Shown piece by piece: positions 1-14,057 of a DNA stretch of 64,000 nucleotides (positions are counted from its first letter, which is position 1; each line of letters begins with the position of its first letter). The notes below the pieces were generated by a model, which had not been told where the DNA came from, did not search any database, and was given only the letters and a program-made list of their open reading frames with translations. The DNA is taken from NCBI RefSeq assembly GCF_963921235.1, contig NC_086097.1:62870001-62934000 (forward strand), in the 5' to 3' direction. Position numbers and translations under genes: made by a program. Source of the stretch: Mobula hypostoma (lineage: Eukaryota).

Positions 1-890
1 GATACAGGTGAGGACACATTGATGGTAGAGGAGGGGCCCTGTTCCTTGAAGGAGGACATTTCAAATGTCCTGGAATGGAAAACCTAATCTTGAGAACAGA
101 TGCAGTGATGACGGAGGAACTGAGGCAAGAGAATTACATTTTTACAAGTGATAGGGTGGGAAGAGTATAGTCAAGATACATTAGCTGTGAGAATCAGATA
201 ACAAAAGATATCAGTAGACCGTCTGTCTGCAGAGATGTAGAAGTGAGATTGAGAAAGGGGAGAGAGGTGTTCAAGAGGGACCGACTAAATGGAGAATCAG
301 CATCATTTTATTGCCAATATGTGAAACATACCATAACTGATTGTGGTTCAGTGCCAAACATAAAACACAGGGCAATACCATAACAAACAACACAAAAGCA
401 ACCAATCAATAGTGCAAACAGCCATGAGCATTCAACAGTTAGCAGAACAGTCACATGCACAAATGTCAATAATCAGACTTAAATATCTATGAACACATAC
501 TGTAAATAGGCTCAATAATTGTCAACAAGGAGAGCTGGAAAGACCATTTGGACCATTTAATGGATGTTGTGCAGGGACAGTTAGGATATTATACCTGTAT
601 GAGTTTTCTTGAGAAGCTGGACAGTTACAGGGAAAAAAAAGCTTCAGAGATGATGATGATTTGAGGGCAGGGTGGAGGTTAAAGGCAAAGTTGATCAATT
701 TGACAAAATCAGCATGGGTTCAGGAAGCAGCACCAATGCAGTCATCAATGTAGCACAGAAAGAGTTTTGAAGCATTCCTAGTGTAGGCTTGAACATGGAC
801 TGTTTCACGTAGCTGACGAAAATATAGGCGTAGCTGGGGCCATGCAGGTGCCCACAGCTACACCTAGGGTTTGGGGAAAGTTGGTGGGGG
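1..890 (-). mobile_element. Decayed Penelope-like retroelement RT fragment, interrupted at ~293-655
   Basis: The reverse complement resembles the 14.7-15.4 kb Penelope. It includes GPSYAYIFVSYVKQSMF (cf. MSPSYACLLVGFVEQSVF) and the 'MSSFFKERG'-equivalent DNA at 1-60. Confidence 0.75.
293..655 (-). mobile_element. Probable LINE 3' end (Rex1/Babar-like tail) inserted in the Penelope fragment
   Basis: Starts agaatcagcatcattttattgcc, similar to the reverse complement of the aataaa-(attctg)n tails elsewhere in the window. It splits continuous Penelope sequence. Confidence 0.4.
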
Positions 891-914
891 GAGAGAGAAC
901 TAACCATTTATGTA

Positions 915-1502
915 CTTAATGAGTACAGAAGTTGTGATGTTAAGTTAGATTTCTGTAAGATGTTAGTGAGGCCGCATTGGATTATTGTGTGCAATTCTGT
1001 CCGCCTACCTATAGAAAAGATATCAATAAGCTTCAAAGAGTACGGAGAATATTTACAAAGATGTTGTTGGGACTTAAGGATCTGAGTTATAGGTAAAGGT
1101 TGAATAGGTTAGACTTTATTCCCTCGATTGTAGGAAAATGAGGGGAAATCTTATGAGAAAAAGTGCACAAAATTATTAGGGATATAGATAGGATAAGTAC
1201 ATACAGTATCGGCTTTTTTCTCCTCGGGTTGGGTAACACTAAAGGTCATAGATTTGGAGTGAAAGATGAAATATTTAAGTGGGACTTGATGGGGAATCTT
1301 CAGAGGCTGATGTGAATGTGGAATGAGATGCCAGTGAAAGTGGTTGACGTGGGTTCAATTGAAAAATTTAGAGAAATATGCACAGGTACGAGTATGGAGA
1401 AAAGTGGCCCAGGAGTGGGTAGATGGAACTGGGAAGAAACAGGACTCCACAGACTAGATGAAGGTCCTGTTTCTGTACTGTAATGCTGTATTACTCTATG
1501 AC
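915..1502 (+). mobile_element. Old CR1 LINE 3' fragment
   Basis: Degenerate 'LVRPHLxYCVQF' DNA (gtgaggccgcattggattattgtgtgcaattctg), a CR1-like 3' UTR, and a ctctatgact tail. Confidence 0.75.
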
Positions 1503-2769
1503 TTCAGGAGGGAATGTAGAAAATTAGCCTAATTTTAAACATGGAAATATACTTGTAACTTTGTTACTGCCTCAAAGTTCACACATGGTGAATATCCTAA
1601 CCATCTTCATCTGCTTTATAAATGGCCTTCCTTCCATCAGAAAGAGAGAAGTGGAGATGTTTGTTGATGACTGTATAATGTTCAATTTTATCTGTAGCTT
1701 CTCAGCAAGAAGTAGTAATCTTCATTGACTATTCAGATATTGTATATAAAGATTCTGTTAAGACTGATATGTTAGAGACAAAATTTATTTCAACTTCATG
1801 GTAAAAATATGTACTTAAAGGAATGTCTGAAACGGTCAGTTAGTATTGGTAGCACAAAATTGCATATTCTGGCTCCCAAACAACTAAATGAGTAAATAAT
1901 TTCTGTCTTGATTGGGTTTGGCAGCTGTTCCTTTAAATCAGCCACAATATATGAGATCTTAAAAAGGTATTTATAAACTTCAACTCACTTCACAGAACAT
2001 GTTACAAAGTTTGCTGTTATGGTCACCCCAGTAACACACTTGAGAGTCAGTCTAACCCATTGTTTTGAGGTATGTATGGACTTTAGTTCTGGATAATGAC
2101 AGCTCATTATTTTTCAAATCAACATTCCAGTTATGAATTGCTAACAAGCTTCCATAAAAGGCCTGGGTCCATAGATAGGCATGGATAGATAATAATTTCT
2201 CAGATATAATAGAACTGAGCAAACTGAGATCAACCATAGGCTGGGCAGCTGAATTTTAATGCGGCCCTGATTCATAAGAAAAGAACAAGAAAACTTGCAT
2301 CTGTGGAAGCTGTTGTTTATGGAGCCATTAGTTATTTCCTCCATCAAGGAAAAAGGGAATAGAATTTCTAAAGTCCTTGTTCATATTAGCTCGATTTTAA
2401 TTCCCAGGTGGGAACCTATTGTTGCACCTATTTTGGAAGGCAACAGGCAGGCTCAATTTAACAACCAAACCACATGGCCCAACATAATAGTTGGAAGCAA
2501 AGTGTTTGATAAAGCTGAGGGGTACAAAGAAGTTGCTCGGAATGCGATTTTTAACATAAGCTTAGCTCACTATAAGTACATGGAATCCTAAGGCAGGAAA
2601 GACCCATGATACCCTCATGCTGTCTGGGGTACCATTACAGAAAGACTAACATCCACTTAAATTTTAAGTGTCCTCTGCTTAATTACAGCCAAATAGCAGA
2701 AGTTAAAATGAAGTCAGAGGACTCCAGGTAACAATTGTTCTCAAAGTTAACATCAGCTCAAATGCCATA

Positions 2770-3575
2770 TATAAATTCGAAAATGACAGCACTGTTGTTA
2801 GCTGAATCTCATATGGTGACACGGTGGTATACAAGAGTGAGATAAGTCAGCTTGTTGAGTGGTGTCCCAACAACAACCGCACACTCAACATCAACAAGAC
2901 CGAGGCATTGAATGGGGAAATTGAGGAACAGGAAGACCATAAGACAGAACCAGTCTCTGGAGAAAAGAGTGAGCAGCTTCAAGTTCCTGGGCATCAACAC
3001 CTCTGTGAGCTTTCCTGAGCTCAACACATTGATGTAATTATGAAAAAAGCAAGCTGTTGTCTCTACTTCATTAAGAGTTTGAGAAAATTTGGTACGTCAA
3101 CAAAGATTCTTAAATGCACAGTGGCGAGCACTCTAGCAGGTTGCAACACAGCCTGGCATAGAGTATACCATCCACAGGCACACAAGAGATTGCATAGTGT
3201 AGATTCAGCCAGCTCACGTGCACAACCCTCCCCACGATCGAAGACATTTTCAAGAGACGTCTTATGACAAGAAAGTGGCGTCTATTATTAAGGACCCTCA
3301 CCATCCTGGACATGCCTTCTTCTCATAACAACCATTGGAGAGGAATTACAGGAATATGAAGCCCCAAACTTAATGACTCAGAAATAGCTTCCACTTCTCC
3401 ACCTTCACATTTCTGAATAGTGCAGGAAACCATGAACACTACCGCAATATTTAATTTATATTGCACTATTTATTTATGTTTGTAATTTATCATAATTTAA
3501 TATATTTGCATTGTGCTGGAGCTGCAAAACAACAAATTTCATAACATATGTCAGTGATAATAAATCTGATTCTGC
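2770..3575 (+). mobile_element. Rex1/Babar-type LINE 3' fragment
   Basis: ORF remnants YKSEISQLVEWC..NNRTLNINKT and KKASCCLYFIKSLRKFG. Ends gataataaatctgattctg. Confidence 0.75.
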
Positions 3576-4321
3576 TGTGGGCATTCCAGGTCCATTCAAT
3601 GTACTCAAGAGGTGTTAAAATGCTATTATAATGTATCAGGAGTGGCTGATTTCTATCCCTTACTGTTGCAAAGTTATTTGCAGAGAATTATTGGATTAAC
3701 CACAATGAACATCGACCATATTGTTTGCAGATTTTTTTTAAAAGTATCTCATTATTTTTTAGATCTGAAAATTCCTGGTAATGCCATCACTGTTTAGTTT
3801 CCAAATATCAAAGCTTTGCACAATTGAACAAAGTATCAAGATGAGACTACTCTGATCTTTTCTTGAAGTTATAACTACGAATTAATTAAATTAAATGCCA
3901 AAATGCACTGACGTAAAAGAAAATGCAGACATTTCACATTACTGCTCAACTACTTGTGCCTTCTTTTGTAGCAACCAGAAAACAAATTGTTTGCATCTAA
4001 TTATCTTGTAAGATGATTTAAATATATCCAGCATGGTAAAGACTGCTGCTTTGTCATACATTAGTCAACAATAAATCTTCCAGAGAATCGATCCAATTTG
4101 GGATGCCTCTCAAACCCTCAATTATTGTAGAAATTGAATATTGTAGAAATGGAGGAGGTAAATGTTTTTTTATTTATTAATCTATTATTGTCCTGAACAA
4201 TCATAACGGTTGAGATGTATAAGCTTAGGTGGGGAGAAGCTGCTAAGCATAAAATGAAAATAATCCAGTTGACTTTTCCCATTTTCAACATTTGGAAAAC
4301 ATAAAATATTAGCCTATCAGA

Positions 4322-4381
4322 TGGAGAGAGGGAGAGAGGATGGGGGAGGGGAAGAGAGAGAGAGAGAGAGAGACAGAGAAA

Positions 4382-4415
<34 letters not shown>

Positions 4416-4420
4416 TAGAG
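4322..4420. repeat. Imperfect (GA)n/(GAGACA)n microsatellite
   Basis: Directly visible purine repeat. Confidence 0.95.
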
Positions 4421-5899
4421 GGGTGAGGGTTGCTGAAGAAAACAAAGGGAGTGTCTGTGATAGAACACAGACAAATATTTTCAAGATAACTACGGCTTTA
4501 TAATCTGGAAGTTGAAGATGAAAGGTAGAAAAAAGAAGACAAGAAATAAATTGCTTCATCATACTGCTTCTAAAGGAACTCTTATCTGCAAAGTACTCGG
4601 AGTGGTACAATGTGATTATTCACCTAATACCTAATTATAAAAATGGACAGATTTAAGTTCTCCTTAATATGCTCTCGATATAACTTACAATATCTCCCAT
4701 CCAAGAAATGTCCTTGGATGATTCCTTTAAAGCAGCAGACAGGTTTTTTGTCAACATACATTTCTAATTTATAGCATCACAGCTGCTCATCTGTCTTCTA
4801 TTCATAAAATTATAATTTCAAGAAGCAAGAGCCATTAGAAATGTAAGTAATGAGAAATAAAATGGCAATGATGCATGCAAGTTGTTCTTGAGAAGCTTGA
4901 GACACCCTCTGCACCACCTCTTTTCAATCATACACATCCTCCTTCAAGCCGTTAGGCTTAGGCAGCAGTTCAAGGCGACTGAGCAAATTTATCACAGTGA
5001 GGACAGAAAAAGCCAGGCCTCTGATTGTATCCTCCATTAGAATATAATAGGCAAAATATTCCTCGAATTAGTCTGCACTGTGCAGATTGGCAGATTTATT
5101 ATTTATTATTCATTTTTCCCTCTTATTTTTGTCAGGAAAACTGTAAAGTATACAATGCTTGTGACCTGGCTACTGGCAACAAATGAGAGAATATCATGTT
5201 TGCTGAGAACTGATAACTAATTCACAGAAATGATAAAAGCCTCTCCAGGAAACAAAGAGCAAATATCAACTTAAACATCACAAGAAGCATAAGGACTTTC
5301 ATTATCTTGCCTCGATGTAATAAACAGAATGTATGGCTATAAGCAATATCTGAATCCATTTGGTAAAAATAAAATGTATTACTGCAATAAATTTCGACAT
5401 GGTTATGCATCTGCTAATCATGGTAAACAAGCTGAGGATTGTAATATGTTGGTCTACTACACTTCAAATGTATTGGATACACTTGTGACCTATCACCCAA
5501 TTTTCAATAGTTTATATAAATCTGCACATCCATTTTTTCAGATACATACAAATATTACAGGATGATATTCAGTTAACTGGATGTCAGCACTTGCACAGTG
5601 CCAAGTACAAGCTTGTCTGATAAAATGTTGCAGAGGTAGGTGGAGCAAGCAGAGGAAATGTCTGTGATAGAGTACCAGGAAATATTTTCACAAAGCAATT
5701 ATTTTTAAAAGAGCAGTTAGAGACAAGGAGAAAAAGAAACAAATTGATTCAGAAAAGCACAACCACATGCTAGATGGGAAGAGATGGAAAATGTACTTTT
5801 TTTCCAATTCTGTGTATTGTATATGATGCTCACAATGAGGTCTGCTCTATACTGGAGAAATCACATGCAGATTGGATGTCTACTTTGCAAGTCCCCAAG

Positions 5900-6040
5900 G
5901 AAGATATTGAGCCTCTAATCACCTGTCTCTTTAAATCTCTGCCCAACTCCCATTCTGATCACTGTCTTGGGGTCCAATACACATCCAGTGCTGACCAGTG
6001 TAAGCTCAAAGAGTAACATCTATTCTGCTTAGACACTGGA
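5900..6040 (+). mobile_element. Very old Penelope-like 3' ORF remnant
   Basis: cccattctgatc...aagctcaaagagtaacatctattctgcttag resembles the Penelope GIY-YIG C-terminus at 17220-17330. Confidence 0.35.
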
Positions 6041-6479
6041 AACAGCCATGTAAATACTAGACAGTTAAGTCAGAAGAAGGACATCCTGAGGCAATTGACT
6101 CCCCTCTTTGGAGGTCAATATTCAATTAAACAATCACCTATTTTTTCACCATCTGGAGATGTGACCATACCTTTCTCTTTCAGCACATTCCCTTCTTTTA
6201 ACTCATCCATCTTTAGCTTCTATATTTTTAAATTTAACTGTGACCTTGACTCCATTTGTCTGCACCCTATCACAGATGTTCCCTCTCAAACTTGAGATGA
6301 ATAGGTATTTGCTGATTAAAAAGATCTAAGGGATATTGAGAACAACAATAACAACAATGGACCATAGAACTGAGGAGTCCATTCCTTTTCACTTGACGAT
6401 GTTTAATCACTTTACTTCCAATGATGGATTCTGGTCATTTTCCTCCATGTGTTGTTAGAAGGATATGGTTACAGTTACT

Positions 6480-6700
6480 TAGTTTATTTTTGCTTCTCTT
6501 AAACTATGGAGCAATAACCATAAATTCCTGATCTAACAGCACAATTCCCCAATCAAAAGCTCTTTGAAACATTATGACTGATGCTTCTGCAATTCCTTCA
6601 CCTATTCCTTTTAATACCCTGCAATATAAAACATCAAATCTTGGAGATTTATTCATTTTACTTCCATTATTTTGTCCATTACTGAGTGGCAACCTACAGT
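6480..6700 (-). mobile_element. Old CR1 ORF2 remnant
   Basis: KSPRFDVLYCRVLKGIGEGIAEASVIMFQRAFDWGIV resembles KSPGPDGLHPRVLKEVAQEIVDALVIIFQNSLDSGLV. Confidence 0.6.
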
Positions 6701-7379
6701 GAATTCAGAACATTCTTCCCCTTGATTTATTTTGGCTCCCCTTTTATTGCTTCACTTTCATTTGATTTTCATCTTTTAAAACTCTTCTATTAAATCTGCT
6801 GTTGTCCTGTTTTCCACTCTGGTGGCAGATCTGCCTGTCTTTAATGGATCTTTATCTCAGCCTTATAAATTTTGAAAGATTTTTGTCTTCATATTACTTG
6901 CATGTTTATTATAAATTCCTTTTCACAGCTCTTAATAGTTCCTTTTTATCTCATTGCCTCTACATATTGCTCCCAATAATACTTCTTTGCATTTTTGCTA
7001 CCATTTTCTTTAATTTTATAATTTCTCTCCCCAACTATGTCAATTATATTTCTTTGGCTATGTCACTTTTATTTTGATATTTAGAAGGATTTTAAAGCTT
7101 AAATAATAAAAGTTATTTCATTAACTCTCTCCCACTGTTTCTACCTGTTAACATTCTCTAAATAAATGTCTCTTCAAAGTTAATCACAAGTAATTAGGAT
7201 AAATTTGCTTATACATGATTCTGACCAAACTTAATGTCAGACTCAGTGCTAAAATCGCTATCTGCAAGGTGGCCACTCACAGGTGGATCAGTATATTCCT
7301 TTCTCTAAATCCAATATAGACATATTTCTATACCAGTTCTCCTGGAAATTATTTTGCCACGTGCTATTTTTTATTGCAG

Positions 7380-7640
7380 TGATTCACCAGGATGTTGCCT
7401 GTATTGGAGGACTTTAGTAATGGGGAGAGATTGGATATGCTGGGCTTGTCCTCCCTGGAGTGAAGGAGGCTGAAGAGGATCTAATAGAAGTATACAAAAT
7501 TATCGTAAATAGGGAAGTTAGTCAGAATACCCCATGGTAGATATTTTCAAGGGATTTGAGAGGAACTTTTTTACACACACACAAAGTGTAATATTTTGAT
7601 TACACTGCCAGAGGAGAGTGTGGATTCAAGTACAATCAAA
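7380..7640 (+). mobile_element. Old CR1 3' fragment
   Basis: gattcaccaggatgttgcctg...ggagagattggatatgctgggcttg corresponds to the CR1 RFTRMLPG...ERLDRLGL region. Confidence 0.65.
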
Positions 7641-7641
7641 A

Positions 7642-8310
7642 TTCAAAGTTCAAAGTAAATTTGTTATCATTGTACATATATGTCAACATATACAACCCTG
7701 AGATTCATTTTCTGGTGGGTGTACTCAATAAGCCAATAATAGAGTAACAACAATAATAAAATCAATGAGAGACTACACTAACTTGGGTGATCAACTAGTT
7801 TGCAAAGTACAACAAACTGTGAATACAAAAATAAATAAACAATAATAATAATAAATTAATTAACAATAAGTGTCGTGAACGTGAGATGAAGATTCCTTGA
7901 AGGTGAGTCCATAGGTTGTGGGAACATTTCAATGACGGCAAGTGATGTTAAGTGAAGTTACACCTTTGGTTCAAGAGCTTGATAATTACAGGGTAATAAC
8001 TATTCCAGAACCTGGTGGTGTGCGTCCTGATGCTCCTGTATCTTCTTCCTGATGGTAATGGTGAGAAGGGAGCATGTCCTGGGTCATGGTTGTTCTTGAT
8101 GATGAATGCTGCTCTCCTATGACAATGTTTCATGTAGATATGCTCAATGGCAGGGAGGGCTATACCTGTGAAGGACTGGGCCGTAACCACTACTTTGTGT
8201 AGGATTTTCCATTCAAGGGTATTGGTTATTCCATACCAGACTGTAATGCAGCCAGTCAATATACCCTCCACTACACACCTACAGAAGTTTGTTAAAGTTT
8301 TCATGATGTT
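7642..8310 (-). mobile_element. Rex1/Babar-type LINE 3' fragment
   Basis: ORF 7948-8328 (LTNFCRCVVEGILTGCITVWYG...LPSGRRYRSIRTHTTRFWNSYYP). Tail is (tttgaac)n on the minus strand. Confidence 0.85.
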
Positions 8311-9309
8311 TAAGAGACATGCAGACATGCACAGAGAAAAGGATACAAACCTAATGTGGGCATTTTGGATCAGTGCAGATGGACAATAAGGTTGGTGTGG
8401 AATAGTGGTAGGCTGACGGGCCCAGTTCTGTGCTGTACAACTCTATGATTCTATAGGTGTGAAAACACAGCACGTCTTGATCAGGATTGAGCAAGAAGGG
8501 AAATTCATCAGGGCATTTCTAGTCAGCAAGTGCACCTCAATCAATTGATACATCTTGAACAATATCAACCCTTATTTATTTCATTTTGAAATTAAGTTAC
8601 CAGACTAGTACATAGAGCTCGAGACTCCAATTAAAAAACATGAATTTCACTGAGGATCTTAGATTTATAAAATTAAATTAATCTTGGATAATAAATTATT
8701 ATATGCAAGTACTTCATTAATGTATGAATTCAATGTATACCCAAATCTAAAGAGTATTTGGCAGAACACAAAGAATTGAAAGGCCTAGCACTTGATCTTT
8801 TGTGCCTAGATCAAGCTAAATTTCACTTTTGTGCAAAATTTAACACACTTGGGCCCATTTCTGATGTGTCGAAGTTAGCTCATCTGGAATTTGACCAGAC
8901 ACTTCAGTCTGCTTTGTTCAAAGTTCAAAGTAAGTTTATTATCAAACTGAGATATACCACTCTGAGATTAATTTTCTTGCAGGCGTTCAAAGAAACACAA
9001 TGGAATCAATGAAAAACTGCACACACAAAGTCTGACAAACAACCAATGTATAATGTGCGTCTCATTTGGAACATGTTGGATCATACAACACATACTGAGT
9101 ACACTCACAGTGCACAGAGGCATGAGCACAGATCTTGCAGGATCATGACTCGAGGTTTTACACAATACCAAGTCATACACAACGAAAGGCTCCTTGGACA
9201 CTGATATAAATTCAAGAAGGTTGTGTTGTGTGGTTTGGTGTGATCACTGATACTTAAGGTAAGTATCCCTCTCACTGGACTGTGACTACCATGGATAGTG
9301 TAATTGACA

Positions 9310-11800
9310 GCAGTCAATTAGTGAGTTTAAAAAAAGGTGGTTCTTGGTGCTTTCTCATGAGTTTCTCTCCACAGGACTTGGGAGATGTATGGCTGCTTGT
9401 GAATTTGCTACACGTGAATGGAAAAGAGGAAAGTTGGAAAACTATTAGTTAGTATGTGATTGGCTAGTTAACAACAGCCAATGTAAAGAAGACAGAGTCA
9501 AGCCAAACTGCCATTTTGGAGTGGCTATTTTGAGGGCTGAGGGACTAGGATTGTGTTGTCTCCTGGGTGCCAGGGTTGAGGATGTCTCTGAGTGGCTGTG
9601 AAAATTCTTGAGGGGGAGGGTTAATATTCAGAGGTTGTTGTACACATTGGTAGAAACAACATACAGCAGGTAGAATAAGGGAGGAAGCCCTGTAGAATGA
9701 CTAAAGAGAGGTTAAAAGGCAAACATCAAGAGTAGTGATCTCCAGATTATTCCTCGTGCCATATTAGTGAGGACATAATCAGGTAGGCGGTTGAGGAGCT
9801 TGTGCAGAGGACAGGGATTCTGGTTCTTTACCCTTGGGGTTCTCTTATGGGGTAGGGCAATCTGTATAAAAGGGATGGGTTGCGCTTGAACCAGAGAGTG
9901 ATTAATATCCTTGCAGGGAAATTTGCCAATGCTACATGGCAGGATTTAAACTAGAATGGCAGGGAAGAGGTGGAACTCTGAGGAAGAGCAAGTCATTGAT
10001 AAAGCCAGTGAAAGCAAAGTTTAGTTATTAGGGGCACAATGAAGGCAGGAAAAGAATTATTCATTAAACTGTGTTAATTTCAATTCATGCGGTTTAACAG
10101 GCAAGGTGATGAGCTCAGAGTGTGAGAATTGGCTCTGAGGATTGGGATATCATAGCCTTAACAAAACATAGCTGAGCAAATGGTAGTCCAGGCAGATCAA
10201 CACTCAAGGGCACAGATGCTACATGTGTGATAGAGGTACAATTATGTGAGAGGGGTTTTTGCCTTCTTGATAAGGGAAGACATAACATTTTTCGGGAATT
10301 GTCCAGTGAGGTTATATTGGTAGAACTTATAAACAAGAAAGAGTGAATCACTCTAGGGAGGTACTAGAACCCCAATAGCTAGTTGGAAAGTAAGCAGGCG
10401 TGTAGATAAATTGCTCATGGTTGTAAGAATGATAGGGTTGTATTAGTGGGAGATTTTAATTTCCATGATGTTGGCTGGGCTACCCAGAGTATTAAGGGTG
10501 GAATTTGTGTATTGTGCCTAGGTAAATTTCCTGAGTCATTATATAGAGCACCCTACTTGAGAGAGTGCAATACTGTATCACCTTCTTTGGGATAAAGAAG
10601 GGCAAGCAACTGAAGTGGTAGACATGATGTAATTTGGATCTAGTAACAATAATTCTATTTGTGATGGAAAAAGATCGGACCGGTTAATAGATCAGAGTGG
10701 AACAAAGCTAATTTTGGGCGAATTGAGCAGGATCTAGCAAAAGTCAATTGGATGAATCTGTTTGAAGGGAAAGGAAAGAAAGGCAAGTGGAATGCTTTTA
10801 AGAGAGTGATGTAAAGAGTTCAGGGCCAGCAATGCTTCTTGGAATATCAGCCAGTGACTAGTAGTGTACTGATTGATTCCGTATTATTATTTTTAGAAAA
10901 TGATTTAGATGCAACACACATGGCCTGATCTAATCAATAAGTGTGTAGATGACTTGAAATTAGGAGCCGTTGTTGATAGTGATGGTTACTGTAGATTACA
11001 ATGGGAGATTGATCAGTTAGGGAAGTGAGCCAACGAGTGGCAAATGAATTTCAACTCAGATAAAAACGGGTGATGCTTAATGGAAAGTCAAACCAGAGTC
11101 CTAGTATGAGTGGTAAGGCACCAGAGAGTGTAATAGAACCAAGGGACTTAGGAGCACAAGTGCATAATGTGTTGAAAGAGGCTACAGAGACCGGATGGTG
11201 AAAATAGTGATTTGTATGGTGGTCTTCAATTAGGAAGCTGGGACATTATGCTGTAGCTGTATAAGTTGTTGGTAAGTCCACACTACAACTGTGTAGAGTT
11301 TTGGGTACCCTTCTGCAGGAAAGATTTGGTTAAACTGGAAAGAGTGCAAACAAAAAAATATGAGAACTTTGCCAGGTCTAGAGGCTGGCACGATAGGTTT
11401 TTATTTCTTGGAATGTAGGAAAATGAAGGTTAATCTTAAAGGTTTATAAAATCATGAGATGCAGAAACAAAGATGGATGGTAGCAGCCTCCTCCACAGGC
11501 TAAGGGAGTCCCAAACTGAGGGGCATAGATTTAGGGTGGGAGGGAAAGGTTCAAATGGGACCTGAGGGGCAAGTTTTCATACAGAAGGTGGTAAATACAT
11601 AGAATGAGCATCCAGTAGTAGCTGAGGCAGGTATAATAGTAACATTTAAGAAGAACTTGGATAGGGTCATGGAGGGGCAGGGCGTAGAGGGGTAAGAGCA
11701 AATGCAGGAAATTGGAACTTGCTGAGGAGGGGCATGATGGTCAGTATAAATTTATTAGGCCAAAAGGCAGTAGCTGTGCTGCATTAACCTAACTCTGATA
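9310..11800 (+). mobile_element. Old, internally deleted near-full-length CR1 (ORF1 esterase-like remnant, ORF2 remnants, 3' UTR)
   Basis: tgttgtctcctgggtgccagggttgaggatgtc (CCLPGARVxDV-like ORF1), gtgggagattttaatttcc (VGDFNFP endonuclease), a degenerate KFADD region near 10940, and a CR1 3' end. Confidence 0.7.
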
Positions 11801-12289
11801 CAGACATTGCAAGCTTTTCTCTCATCAGGAAATGTACAAGCAACACTATGAAGGAAAAAAGAGTATGAACCACCTCCTGAATATTCAAAGTAAATTTCAC
11901 CAATTTTATCAGATTCTCCATTTACTCCATCAAAGATTGGAGAAATCTAATCTCCAGGCCCTTTAGTCTTCAGTGTTCTGCAACAGACTTGTGTGTTCTT
12001 GTCCACCATTGTTACTAAGTTACAAAGCAAGTGCACATTACTTCCCTATTTAACAGGATTACAGCATATGTATACATGAGAAGTCCTACAACTACGTGCA
12101 CAAATCCATCTGTACTAGCAACTGTGCACCGGCTGTTGGTTTCCAAAATCCATCTGATTGATCTGTGTTTCTCAAAGGAAATAAGTCATCTTTGGTGTCT
12201 GTTGACTCTTTAATTGTGTTAGTTGAATTACCAAATTTAAGTAACAAAATGGCTTGAATTACCAAGTTCAATTTCAACTCAGCCTGATA

Positions 12290-12855
12290 TGGAAACACCA
12301 GTGGCCTTGAACGGAACACCCTACAAAACAGAATCGCTGTGGCTCAGTCCATCACAGATAAAGCCCTCCCCACCATTGAGCACCTGTACAGGAAGTGTTG
12401 TCGCAGGAAATCAGCATCCATCATCAGGGAATTCCACCAACCAAGTCATGCTCTCTTCTTGATGCTGCCATCAGGAAGAAGGCACAAGAGCCTCAGGACT
12501 TACATCACCAGGTACAGGAAGAATTATTACCTCTCAACCATCAGGCTCTTGAACCAAAGGGGATAACTTCACTTGCCCCATCATTGAAATGTTCCCACAA
12601 CCTATGGACTCACTTTCAAGGACAATTCATCTGATTTTCTCAATATTTGTTGCTTATTTATTCATTACTTGTTGTATTTGCACAGTTTGTTGTCTTATGC
12701 ACATAGGTTGAACACCAAAGTTGATGTGGTCTTTCATTGATTCTGTTATAGTTGCTATTCTATTATGGAGTTATTGAATATGCCCACAAGAAAATGAACC
12801 CCAGAGTTGTACGTGGTGACATATATGTACTTTGATAATAAATTTAATTTGACCT
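12290..12855 (+). mobile_element. Rex1/Babar-type LINE 3' fragment
   Basis: AQSITDKALPTIEHLY...LPSGRRHKSLRT, followed by a 3' UTR ending gataataaattt. Confidence 0.85.
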
Positions 12856-13128
12856 TAAACAGAAGAGAACTATAAACAGAATCTGTTTCATTAAAGGAAG
12901 TAAGTCACCAAACAGCTGTGTCTGGGCCAAGGATGTAAGGAGGACACACCTCGTGATGCACTCATGTTTTTTTTTAAATAGAACTCACTTTTATATACTA
13001 CATAATTTCTTTTTAAAATAATAAACTCAAACAAATCATGAGCTGTTATAATCTGTTAATTATTTACATCAATGTACAGTTGTATATTTTGCCAACTATA
13101 AATACATTCTCTGTCTCTTCATTCACAG

Positions 13129-13207
13129 GATTCTTCACTAGAAGCTGTCCTTGATACGTCTGAAGTACCCACTCCAAGCTCATCCAGAGAATCCCTTTTT
13201 CAGAAAG
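13129..13207 (+). CDS. Candidate internal coding exon of an unidentified host gene (DSSLEAVLDTSEVPTPSSSRESLFQK)
   Basis: Pyrimidine tract ttctctgtctcttcattcacag precedes it. Only phase 0 is open. It lies in unique non-repeat sequence. The donor is either AAG|gcatgt (13207) or CTG|gtttgt (13219), both phase 1. Confidence 0.5.
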
Positions 13208-14057
13208 GCATGTATGCTGGTTTGTAAAATATGTTTTCTAATTGTCACTCCAAAATAAGTTTGATTTTTCTTTACATACTCTGGATTTCTGTTTTGCTGA
13301 TGTCATGTATTTGGACTAAACCATTCACATAAAACTAAATAATGATACCTACTCTCAATTACCACATCTAAGTGGTAAGTATACAATTAAATGCTGCGTC
13401 TTGTTTCTTACTTGTTTCCATGCACTTTGTCGCAAATATCCTTTTTGATAGTTCATAAAGTTTCTTCATTGTTTGCTTTTCGTGCCATGCACCTGTATTT
13501 GTTCTCTGATTTGTAATACTATTATGTTAATTTGGAACTCATAATGGACTAGATTTACAATGTTTTTTCCTTTAAGATATCCAACGATGGTCTGATCTTT
13601 CTGGGAGGTCCTCTCTGTTTGAAAGAAAACGAGCATAAGGTTGGATTTAGAGTGCAGGGAGTGAGGATAAGTAGGAGTATGTTTAAAACACCTGGTCCAT
13701 TGTAAAACAGAAGCCACTGAGAAGTGATATGCTTCTTCACCAATTGTCTCTCAATTGTAATTGGCCATGAACACTTCCTCTGGGTGAGAGCTCTTGCTCC
13801 ACTCTCTCACATACTTACTGATTATTAGGTGCTCAGGACTCAGAGTTAGTATGAATCCTGCACTGTTTGCCTGATCAGTCTCCCATGGTTAAAAGTTGAC
13901 AATGTATGCTAGATGTGGAACTGAATCTCTGAGTAGTGGTGAAGTTTTGCTGGGCCTTTGTATGTGACGTATTATAGATGTTTCCTAAAGGATGTGGGTA
14001 AAAGGGCAATGGATATCAAGTACGTCATCAAATGGAAGATCAAATTTGATGATGTGC

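Noticed and set aside
4118..4610. ORFs rich in LS/ER repeats
   Set aside because: These are translations of a GA microsatellite.
5110..5190. Plus-strand acceptor ttttgtcag followed by ENCKVYNACDL
   Set aside because: The frame stops quickly and there is no convincing donor.
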